This document shows, one piece after another, positions 46,140 to 54,735 of a stretch of DNA of 64,000 nt (its first letter is position 1; each line of letters opens with the position of its first letter). Both the position numbers and the translations under genes were made by a program. Under the pieces are notes generated by a model. It saw nothing but the letters and a program-made list of their open reading frames with translations, was not told where the DNA came from and made no database searches. Source of the DNA: Nitrospirae bacterium JdFR-85 (GTDB lineage Bacteria; Nitrospirota; Thermodesulfovibrionia; Thermodesulfovibrionales; JdFR-85); the NCBI GenBank assembly GCA_002011745.1, contig MTOU01000013.1:192279-256278 (forward strand), given 5' to 3'.

Positions 46140-48992
46140 ATGGGAAATCTGGAGAGAAAGATTATAGGTGTGATTCTATCAATCATAATAGCTGGGTGCA
46201 TTTTTGCTGTTGTAGTAATTCTTCTGATTCAGAAACACTCCCTTTATGATACGGCAAGAAAAAAAATGCTCGCTGCTGCAGAGATTGTAGCTAAAAGTAT
46301 TGAACGAACAATGCTCGAAGGAAGAGTAGAGATCACACAAGAGATGGCAAGGGACCTCAGGACACTGGCAGATGTTGAAGATATTGAGATATTCAACCAT
46401 GAGGGCAGAGAGGCATTTGTAAAAGACGCAAAGCCCCATGAGGCTGAACTGCTAAAAAAACTCAGCAAACAACCCATGCCTGTAACTTTGGAGAAGGAGG
46501 ATATGCTTACCATATATCTTCCTCTTATGAATAGTGCTGCCTGTATGAAATGTCATACTGAAGAGACTCCTATTCTTGGAGCAGTAAAAATATCCATGTC
46601 TATGAAGGGTGAAAAGGTAAAAATGCAAGAGATGGTCCTGTTTAATATTGTAGGTTCAGTATTTGCTATTCTGGCTCTTACCTTTGCCACATGGATTGCG
46701 TTGAGAAAAATTGTGGTAATACCTATCAAAAAGATAGAAAGAAATGCGGAGAGACTATCTGAGGGTGATATGACCATAAAATTCGATATTGCATCAAAGG
46801 ATGAGGTAGGAATGGCAGCCTCCGCACTCCAGGAGGCTCTTCAATCTATTTCTACTATCCTGATGCGGGTAAAAGATGTCTCAAGGAGGCTGATGAGAGT
46901 CAGCACTGAAATTGAGACAGAATCAAGAGAGATTCTTGAAGGAACAAAAAAGGAGGCAGATGCAATAGAGAGCATCTCATCGTCTGTAGAGGAACTAAAT
47001 GCATCCATATCAGAAATTAGTGAAGCAGCAGAAAGCCTTGCTGTATCCTCAGAACAGACCGCCTCAGCAATAGAGGAGATGTCTGCAAGTATTTCACAGA
47101 TTGCTGAAAACAGCACTGAACTCTTTGAATCTGTGGAGTCAACTTCTTCATCTATTGAACAGATGAGTATCTCATTAAAAGAGGTCTCAGAAAATGCTGA
47201 CAGACTGCTGAAGTCTGCTGAAGATACACTTTCTGCATTAGAAGAGATAAGGGCAGCAATCAAAGAGGTAGAGGATAATTCAAAAGAGTCAGCCGCTCTG
47301 AGTGAGAAGGTAATGCAGGATGCTGCTACCTATGGTATCGAATCCATTGAGAAAACACTTAAAGGAATGGAGAGGATAAAGATTTCAGCCGAGACCACCG
47401 CAGAGTATATGAATCAGCTTGGTAACCGGTCTGAAGAAATAGGAAAAATCTTGACAGTTATTGATGAGATTGCTGATCAGACAACACTCCTTGCACTGAA
47501 CGCCGCAATACTGGCTGCACAGGCTGGTGAACACGGTAAGGGATTCTCTGTGGTAGCAGATGAGATAAGAAATCTTGCTGAGAGAACAGCTTTCTCTACA
47601 CAAGAAATCGCCTCTCTCATTAACAATGTAAGGAGAGAGATTAAAGAGGCGATAGATACCACCCAGTATGGACTGGAGGCAGTAAATGAAGGTCTTTCAC
47701 TTGTAAAGGAATCCTCTGAAGCCTTTCACCGAATCCTTGACAGTGCAAAACAGTCATCAGATATGGCAAAGGCTATAAAGCAGGCGACCTCTGAACAGGC
47801 AAAGGCGGCTGAGTTTGTGGCTGAATTAATGGAGAATGTAAGAGATATGGTGAGTCAGATAGCAAGAGCCACCTCTGAACAGTCAAAAGGAATGAGCCTC
47901 ATTATGGATGCAACAGAAATGGTGAGAAATATTGCTAATCAGCTGAAGAGGTCAACAGAGGAACAGTCCCATCAAGGTAAATTGATAAAAGACAGCACTG
48001 ATATTGTCAAAGACAAGAGTCAGCAGATTGCTAATGCTATAAGAGAACAGAAATCAGGTTCTGCAGAAATAAAGAGGTCTATCGAGAATATAAAAGATAT
48101 TCCCGTTAAGAATAGAAGCCTCTCATTTAAACTTAACAACTCCCTGAGGGGACTTGTCAAGGATGCAGAACTTATTATGACAGAGATGGAAAGATTCAAG
48201 CTCGCCAGTATATCTGTTAAAGAAGGTGTCTTAAGATTTGGAGTTGTACCTTTAGAGTCTCCTGCAGAGATGTATAAAAGATTTAATCCTCTTGCAGAGT
48301 TTCTATCAAGAAGACTTAACAAAAAGGTAGAGATCAAGGTTGCTACAGATTTTGATACTGCAATAAAGGATATCGGCACAGGTGTAACACAGTTGTGCTA
48401 TATGACTCCTTCTACATTTATCAAGGCAAACATCCATTACGGAGTAAGAATAATATTAAAGGCCCTCAGAGAAGGCAAGCCCTATCACCACTCTGTGATT
48501 ATCACCAGAAACAACAGCCCCGTAACAAAGATCGAGGATTTAAAAGGCAGATCCTTTGCCTTTGGTGATAGGGAGTCCACCTCATCATATATTGTGCCAA
48601 GATATATGTTATTTGAGGCTGGAATAGACCTTGATGACCTCCTCTTCTACAACTTCTTAGGACATCATGACGAAGTTGCAAAAGCTGTCCTTAGTGGTGA
48701 GTATGATGCAGGTGGAGTTATGGAGAGCACGGCAGAAAAATTTAAAGAGAAAGGTCTGAGGTTTATTAAATTTTCAGATGAAATTCCTGAATTCAATATC
48801 TGTATAAATCCAGAGATGTCAGAAGGAGAAGTTAATAAAATAAAGGATATCTTTCTCGGCCTGAATGAGACAGATCCTGAAGCAGTTACAGTACTAAAGT
48901 CAATTGATGCTCACTACACAGGTTTTATGGAAGCCTCCAAAGAGGATTACAATAGTATAAAGGAGATAATGATTAAATTGGGCATTATTTAG
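46140..48992 (+). CDS. Methyl-accepting chemotaxis protein with a periplasmic CxxCH motif, HAMP, a long signalling domain and a C-terminal PhnD-like (phosphonate-binding-protein fold) domain
   Basis: 950 aa. TM1 at residues ~10-30 and TM2 at ~165-188. CMKCH at 46542-46556 lies between them. Signalling tip [41 protein letters not shown]. The C-terminus from about nt 48223 reads LRFGVVP...[25 protein letters not shown]...[19 protein letters not shown]. Confidence 0.9.
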   Translation: MGNLERKIIGVILSIIIAGCIFAVVVILLIQKHSLYDTARKKMLAAAEIVAKSIERTMLEGRVEITQEMARDLRTLADVEDIEIFNHEGREAFVKDAKPHEAELLKKLSKQPMPVTLEKEDMLTIYLPLMNSAACMKCHTEETPILGAVKISMSMKGEKVKMQEMVLFNIVGSVFAILALTFATWIALRKIVVIPIKKIERNAERLSEGDMTIKFDIASKDEVGMAASALQEALQSISTILMRVKDVSRRLMRVSTEIETESREILEGTKKEADAIESISSSVEELNASISEISEAAESLAVSSEQTASAIEEMSASISQIAENSTELFESVESTSSSIEQMSISLKEVSENADRLLKSAEDTLSALEEIRAAIKEVEDNSKESAALSEKVMQDAATYGIESIEKTLKGMERIKISAETTAEYMNQLGNRSEEIGKILTVIDEIADQTTLLALNAAILAAQAGEHGKGFSVVADEIRNLAERTAFSTQEIASLINNVRREIKEAIDTTQYGLEAVNEGLSLVKESSEAFHRILDSAKQSSDMAKAIKQATSEQAKAAEFVAELMENVRDMVSQIARATSEQSKGMSLIMDATEMVRNIANQLKRSTEEQSHQGKLIKDSTDIVKDKSQQIANAIREQKSGSAEIKRSIENIKDIPVKNRSLSFKLNNSLRGLVKDAELIMTEMERFKLASISVKEGVLRFGVVPLESPAEMYKRFNPLAEFLSRRLNKKVEIKVATDFDTAIKDIGTGVTQLCYMTPSTFIKANIHYGVRIILKALREGKPYHHSVIITRNNSPVTKIEDLKGRSFAFGDRESTSSYIVPRYMLFEAGIDLDDLLFYNFLGHHDEVAKAVLSGEYDAGGVMESTAEKFKEKGLRFIKFSDEIPEFNICINPEMSEGEVNKIKDIFLGLNETDPEAVTVLKSIDAHYTGFMEASKEDYNSIKEIMIKLGII

Positions 48993-49013
48993 AAACCTAC
49001 AAAGGAGTGAATA

Positions 49014-51020
49014 ATGAGGAGGTTCATTAGAGAAAGTGTAAGCATCAATTTTGTTTTAACGGTTGTTCTGGTAATGTTCTTCACACAAAGTCTTCTCTGG
49101 TTCTGGTCTGTACAAAAACAAAAAAGATTGCTTGAGAATCAGTTAGAAGAAAGGTTAAACGAGTATGCTCTAATGATCCAGAGCCTGGCTGTAATAAAAA
49201 TGAAAAAAACTGGATTCAATCATCTTGCAGAGGATGTGGTGAACAGCATATTAAATAACAAAGATGTTTACTCAGTGGAAATATTTGACAATAAAGGAAA
49301 GAGGGTTCTTTCAAAGAGTAAGCCCTACTTGGGTGAGTCTCAAAAGAGTATAGACTTCCCTATAAAATCAGATAAAAAGACCTTCGGGAAAATAACCATA
49401 AGATATTCAGATGATAGGATCAAAAAGGCGATCACCAGTCAAATAATAGATATACTTTTTTTGCAGCTTGGTGGTTTTATTGTGATTGTAGGAGTAATAC
49501 TCTTTTTATTCCAGAAGAAGGTTACCACTCCATTGTATAAGATCCAGAATTCAATAGAACAGATAACCGTAGGAGACCTTACCCATACACTGGATGTAAG
49601 AGACCCCAATGAATTTGGAGTTCTCTCAAAGACAATCAATTTCTTATCTGAGAGACTGAGGGCAAACATAAGCAGATTGAAGAGCGGGATAAAGAATGCT
49701 GTAGCTGCGATAAGCCAATTGACTCTATCCTGTGATAACCTGAAAGGTACAATCTCACACCAGAGAAATCTAATGAACAATACTATTGAGGATATAAAGA
49801 AGAGTTCAGAAACAATAAAGAATGTAGCGGCGAAAACATCACAACTGCAGAGCCTTTCAGAAGAAAATCATTCTGCCATACTCCAGTTAAGGGCTACAAA
49901 TGATGAGATAACTCAGACCACATGGGAATTCAGAAGACAGATAGACCAGTGTTCTTTTGCAATATCTGAATTGAGACAAGATATAAAAGAGTTAAACTCT
50001 AAGATGGCTGAAGCCTCAATTTCCTTTGAGGAGGCTTCAACATCAATAGATGAGATCAGAAAATCTATCACAGAAATCGATAAAGCTGCAAAACTCTCAG
50101 CAGATTTAAGTCAGAAGGCTACAGAGATCATATCCTCGCAGGGTATAAATTCAGTTCAGGATATCTTGAAAGGAATGGAGTCTATAGTTAGTGAAGTCAA
50201 CATCCTCAGTCAAACTATAAAGAGCCTTGGTAATAGATCAGAAGATATCGAGAAAATCGTTACTGTGATTAACGATATTGCAGAAAAGACAAGACTGCTG
50301 AGTCTTAATGCCCAGATACTGGCAATCCAGTCAGGAGAACAAGGAAAGAGTTTTGCAGTAGTAGCCTCCCAGATGAGTGAGTTATCAGAGAAGACAGCTG
50401 CCTCCACAGGAGAGATTGCTACCCTTGTCTCTGATATAAAAAAGGAGATAAAAGGGATGTTGAATGAGATCAACAAAGTAGTATCCTCTGTAAAACAGGG
50501 AAGCAAACTTGTCCATAATGCATCTGGTGTACTTCAGGAAATATATGAAGCATCCAAAGAAACCTCTGACATGGCAGTCTCAATAAAGAGGTCAACAGGG
50601 GAGCAGACAAAGGGACTATCAATGGTACTTAATGCAATAGAAAATCTAAAGAGCCTTATTGAGAGTATTATCAGAATAGTCCATGATCAAGACGAAAAGA
50701 TAAAGGTCTTTGTTGAAGGGATCTCAAAAATAAAAGACTCTGTAGACTTTATAGAAAACTCTATTGCACAACAGTCAGAGAATACAGGCTATCTTTCTGA
50801 AAATCTAGAGAAGACTACAGAGTCGGTTTCCCAGATATCAAGACTCTTTTTTGAAGAAAAACATCTCAATCACCTTCTTACTAATACAATAAATGAGATA
50901 AACAGAATATCACAGGATACAGAAAGAGAGATTAGGGAGATATCAGAACTTTTAAAATCTCTCCAGACAGAAGTGGAAGAACTCCATAAAGAATTAGAAA
51001 TGTACACTGTTAAGAAATAA
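49014..51020 (+). CDS. Methyl-accepting chemotaxis protein (divergent signalling tip)
   Basis: 668 aa with two TM helices and a HAMP domain (PLYKIQNSIEQITVGDLTHTL). The tip reads DIAEKTRLLSLNAQILAIQSGEQGKSFAVVASQMSELSEKT. Confidence 0.8.
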   Translation: MRRFIRESVSINFVLTVVLVMFFTQSLLWFWSVQKQKRLLENQLEERLNEYALMIQSLAVIKMKKTGFNHLAEDVVNSILNNKDVYSVEIFDNKGKRVLSKSKPYLGESQKSIDFPIKSDKKTFGKITIRYSDDRIKKAITSQIIDILFLQLGGFIVIVGVILFLFQKKVTTPLYKIQNSIEQITVGDLTHTLDVRDPNEFGVLSKTINFLSERLRANISRLKSGIKNAVAAISQLTLSCDNLKGTISHQRNLMNNTIEDIKKSSETIKNVAAKTSQLQSLSEENHSAILQLRATNDEITQTTWEFRRQIDQCSFAISELRQDIKELNSKMAEASISFEEASTSIDEIRKSITEIDKAAKLSADLSQKATEIISSQGINSVQDILKGMESIVSEVNILSQTIKSLGNRSEDIEKIVTVINDIAEKTRLLSLNAQILAIQSGEQGKSFAVVASQMSELSEKTAASTGEIATLVSDIKKEIKGMLNEINKVVSSVKQGSKLVHNASGVLQEIYEASKETSDMAVSIKRSTGEQTKGLSMVLNAIENLKSLIESIIRIVHDQDEKIKVFVEGISKIKDSVDFIENSIAQQSENTGYLSENLEKTTESVSQISRLFFEEKHLNHLLTNTINEINRISQDTEREIREISELLKSLQTEVEELHKELEMYTVKK

Positions 51021-51466
51021 TGAAGTTTCTCTTGTTTAGAATAGAAGAACAGATTTTCGGAATCGAGATATCTACTGTTGTGGAGATAATAAATCCCATG
51101 AAGCTCACCACACTGCCTGAGGTACCAGAATATATAGTGGGTGTTATAAATCTACGTGGTGAGGCAATTACAGTGGTTGACATGAGAAAGAGACTCTCTA
51201 TGCAGAAGAAACCTTCGAAAGAAAGGATTATTGTTGTAAGAATGCCTGATGAGAAGATAGGTCTTCTCGTGGATGAGGTGAAAGGAATAGAAGAGATTGA
51301 AGACAACAAGGTCAGAAAGCCCTCCAGACTATACAGAGGGCTGAAGGCAAAGTTTATTGTAGGAATTATTGAAAGAAGCAGCCAAGATGTGATCATTCTA
51401 TTAAATATAGAGAAGATCGTTACAGAACAACAACAGATAGCACTCAAGCAGGTTAAGAAAAGATAA
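51020..51466 (+). CDS. cheW: CheW-like coupling protein
   Basis: 148 aa. FRIEEQIFGIEISTVVEII...VPEYIVGVINLRGEAITVVDMRKRL. Its ATG overlaps the MCP stop (TAATG). Confidence 0.85.
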   Translation: MKFLLFRIEEQIFGIEISTVVEIINPMKLTTLPEVPEYIVGVINLRGEAITVVDMRKRLSMQKKPSKERIIVVRMPDEKIGLLVDEVKGIEEIEDNKVRKPSRLYRGLKAKFIVGIIERSSQDVIILLNIEKIVTEQQQIALKQVKKR

Positions 51467-51473
51467 AGACTGC

Positions 51474-52862
51474 TTAGTGAGGTAGAAACTGTTTAAGTAC
51501 TTCTTCTGCCTGTTTGATATTGATCTCCTTTCCCTTGAGTTCCTCTCTCTGTGAAACCATCTTTATTGTGGTCTCAAGAAAGACCTTAAATCTATGAATC
51601 TCTGTAAGTAGCTTACCATGGTCTATTCTGACTATCATCTCGGGAGTCAACACCAGGAACTTGTTAAAGAAGCGTTCAAACTCTTCATAATCATCATGTC
51701 TCAATAATCTAAAGGTAAAGCTCTGAAAATACATCATATAGGACTTCAAGGCCTCAAATATCTTTCTTCTCTGCTGTTTATCTTCAAAGTTTGACTCAAG
51801 CATATCAGTTAATCTCAGCAACACATATATATCTTCTCTCAACTTCAATGACTGCTCCAGCTTTGTGGTGAAACCAGGAAATATAGTCTCACCCTCAATT
51901 TCAGACCTATAGTACTTGATGATCTGCAATATGCACTGTTCAATCATGTTCCTCAGAATCCCATGGCTGGTCTCAATCTTGCCTTTAAGCCTATTCAAGG
52001 GTATACTGTCAAGTACATTCTTCAGTTCCTGTCTGAACACTCTTTTGGATTCCATGGTAAGTTGAAAACTTATAGCATCAATAGTCTCTTTAAGCTCTTT
52101 ATTCTCCAATCGTTTTAAACCTTCCCTTATAAATTCTATAATCGCCTTTATCTCAGAGTGTAGCATTATCAAAATTACAAGTGAATAATGAAGAGAGGCT
52201 GCATTGTAGGAACTCTGGTCAATATGTCCAAGAAATCTAAGACATCTAAACAGATATATCATAAGAGCAGAAACAAACCTTCTTTCTTCCTTAGCCTCAA
52301 TTGATCTCACAATTGAGGAAACAGTTCTATTGTATATTCGATCATACTCAGGATTAGGTTCTCTCCTGAAGGGATCAAAAAAGAGATTATCTCTAATCTG
52401 TCTCTCAATAAGCTCCCCAAGATTTTTGAATTCTGTATAGCTTACTCTTTCAGAATTCAACAATCCCTGAATTATGACCTTGAGATTCACAAGAAAGTCG
52501 TATAGAAGAAGTAGAGACTTTTCAGGTGTCTCCTGTCTTATAAGTCGCTCTTTTATTCTATCCCTGCTATGGTCAGGAAGAAAGCTCTGTTCAGCGTATT
52601 TCTGAAACCAGAAGGCATTCTTGTATTTTTCAGGAATAATAGTCTCAATAATACTGAGCAGATGATGTAATGTATCCCTCAGAATTATTAATTCTGTTCT
52701 GAAGTTTCTATCAGCTATACTTCTGTTATCATTAAACAGAAGATTCTCAACATTGAAAAATCTAACAACCCCTCGCAAAAGGGTATCAAGCTCTGACAGA
52801 AAATGTTTCTGTTTTTTCCTTACATTCTCAAACCATCCCTTCTCATCAATAAGGTTTGCCAT
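51474..52862 (-). CDS. Hypothetical protein (462 aa, predicted all-helical; family not recognised)
   Basis: A long ORF with no competing frame. It starts 6 nt after the lpdA stop on the same strand. I recognised no motif. Confidence 0.6.
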   Translation of the reverse strand: MANLIDEKGWFENVRKKQKHFLSELDTLLRGVVRFFNVENLLFNDNRSIADRNFRTELIILRDTLHHLLSIIETIIPEKYKNAFWFQKYAEQSFLPDHSRDRIKERLIRQETPEKSLLLLYDFLVNLKVIIQGLLNSERVSYTEFKNLGELIERQIRDNLFFDPFRREPNPEYDRIYNRTVSSIVRSIEAKEERRFVSALMIYLFRCLRFLGHIDQSSYNAASLHYSLVILIMLHSEIKAIIEFIREGLKRLENKELKETIDAISFQLTMESKRVFRQELKNVLDSIPLNRLKGKIETSHGILRNMIEQCILQIIKYYRSEIEGETIFPGFTTKLEQSLKLREDIYVLLRLTDMLESNFEDKQQRRKIFEALKSYMMYFQSFTFRLLRHDDYEEFERFFNKFLVLTPEMIVRIDHGKLLTEIHRFKVFLETTIKMVSQREELKGKEINIKQAEEVLKQFLPH

Positions 52863-52868
52863 CTGTAG

Positions 52869-54254
52869 TTACTTCTTTTTTGGCATATGGATTGCCATAT
52901 CATGAACATCTTCAGATGCTTCCATAAGCCCTTCTGATAGGGTTGGATGGGCATGGATCGTCTCTGCTATGTCTTTCACCTTTAAGGATGCCTTTATAGC
53001 AAGGGCTGCTTCATGAATCAGGTCAGAAGCATGGGGACCAATTATATGTACACCAAGGACCTTATCAGTCTTTTTGTCTGCTATAACCTTTATCAGTCCT
53101 GAGATTTCGCCCATTGCATGTGCCTTACCAAGGGCCCTGAATTGAAAATGTCCAGTAATATACTCAATTCCCTTCTCTTTGGCCTGATATTCTCTCAGAC
53201 CTACAGAGGCAATCTCTGGAGAGGTGAATATGGCAGCAGGAACCGTTGAGTAGTCCATCTTCTCTTCAGCCCCCATTATATTTTTTGCTGCTACAATCCC
53301 CTCTTTTGATGCGACATGTGCAAGGAGAATTCCGCCTGTAACATCACCTACTGCATAGACTCCCTCCAGAGAGGTTCTCATCTTCTCATCCACCTTTAGT
53401 TCGCCTCTCTGGCCTTTCTGGATGCCCAGTTCCTCAAGCCCTAAATCCTCTGTATTGAACGCTCTTCCTATGGATACAAGCACTTTCTCAGTCACAACCT
53501 CCTTACCATTGGATAAAAAGGTATGCACGCCATCATTCCTTATTTCTACCTTCTCTGCCTTCACCTCTGTAAAGAGTTTAATCTTCTTTTTCTTTAATTC
53601 TCGCTGTAGAAGCTCAGAAATCTCTTCATCCTCAGTAGAAACAGCTCTCGGCAATAACTCCACAATTGTCACTTCTGTACCAAGTTCTCTGAATATACAG
53701 GCAAACTCACAACCAATAACTCCAGCTCCAACTATGAGCATACTCTTGGGTATCTCCTGTAACTCAAGGGCATCTGTTGAGGAGAGGATATTTTTACCAT
53801 CAAAGGGGAAGACAGGGATCTCTGCTGGTCTGGAACCAGTGGCTATAATCACTCTATCTACGCTTAGCTCCTCGGTGCCTTCCCCACTTTCTACAACAAT
53901 TCTGTCAGGTGCAGTTAATCTGCCTCTGCCACTCTTCAGCTGGATCCCCCAACTCTTAAATAACCCCTTTATACCTTTTACCTGAGTCTCCACTACCTTC
54001 TTCTTCCGCTGCATCATCCAATCGATCCTTGGAACCACCTCTCCCTGCAGTTGAAGTCCAAACTTATCCATCTCTTTTATCTTGCTATAAAGTTCTGTAG
54101 AGGCGAGTAGTGTCTTAGTGGGGATACAACCCCTGTTGAGACAGGTCCCCCCTACTTCTGTGTCCTCAATGACCACTACCTCAGCCCCGAGCTGAGCAGC
54201 CTTCAAAGCAGCAACATATCCACCAGGCCCTGCACCAATTATCCCTATCTTCAT
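52869..54254 (-). CDS. lpdA: Dihydrolipoyl dehydrogenase
   Basis: IIGAGPGGYVAA, redox-active GGTCLNRGCIPTK, and C-terminal HAHPTLSE. Confidence 0.92.
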   Translation of the reverse strand: MKIGIIGAGPGGYVAALKAAQLGAEVVVIEDTEVGGTCLNRGCIPTKTLLASTELYSKIKEMDKFGLQLQGEVVPRIDWMMQRKKKVVETQVKGIKGLFKSWGIQLKSGRGRLTAPDRIVVESGEGTEELSVDRVIIATGSRPAEIPVFPFDGKNILSSTDALELQEIPKSMLIVGAGVIGCEFACIFRELGTEVTIVELLPRAVSTEDEEISELLQRELKKKKIKLFTEVKAEKVEIRNDGVHTFLSNGKEVVTEKVLVSIGRAFNTEDLGLEELGIQKGQRGELKVDEKMRTSLEGVYAVGDVTGGILLAHVASKEGIVAAKNIMGAEEKMDYSTVPAAIFTSPEIASVGLREYQAKEKGIEYITGHFQFRALGKAHAMGEISGLIKVIADKKTDKVLGVHIIGPHASDLIHEAALAIKASLKVKDIAETIHAHPTLSEGLMEASEDVHDMAIHMPKKK

Positions 54255-54644
54255 CTATTTTGCCTCCTCTTCCAGATATCTCTCATAGTCTGATGCATCA
54301 AATAGGTCATCCAGTTCTGACGGGTCAGACATCTCCACAATAACTATCCATCCCTTACCATAGGGATCCTCATTGATAATCTCAGGAGACTCATCAAGGT
54401 CTTCATTCACTTCCACTATAGTACCTGAGACAGGTGCGATCACAGGAGAGGTAGCCTTGGTTGATTCGATCTCTGTGAACTCCTCATCCTTTTCTATCTC
54501 TGTATCCACATCAGGCAGATCAATATACACAATATCTCCCAACTGATCCTGAGCATAATCTGTGATGCCTATGGTTGCCTTCTTCCCTGAAACCTTTACC
54601 CAGGTATGTTCCTTATGGTATTTTAGTTCCTCAGGAATATTCAT
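54255..54644 (-). CDS. gcvH: Glycine cleavage system H protein (lipoyl carrier)
   Basis: YHKEHTWVK...GITDYAQDQLGDIVY and the lipoyl-lysine motif ESTKA. I prefer the ATG at 54644 after AGGAGGC; the track ORF is 14 codons longer. Confidence 0.9.
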   Translation of the reverse strand: MNIPEELKYHKEHTWVKVSGKKATIGITDYAQDQLGDIVYIDLPDVDTEIEKDEEFTEIESTKATSPVIAPVSGTIVEVNEDLDESPEIINEDPYGKGWIVIVEMSDPSELDDLFDASDYERYLEEEAK

Positions 54645-54735
54645 AATAATGCCTCCTCTACAAAAAATTTCTCTCACCTGTAACACAGGTTGAAGTTTTT
54701 CATATCACAGGATGAATGAATTTGTCAATAACTAT

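Noticed and set aside
42819-53985. Assorted antisense ORFs of 100-190 aa within cheA, the MCPs, cheW2 and lpdA (for example 42819-43358, 46841-47263, 51010-51447, 53422-53985).
   Set aside because: All lie opposite long ORFs with clear domain signatures. They are Ser/Leu/Ile-rich mirror translations typical of shadow frames.
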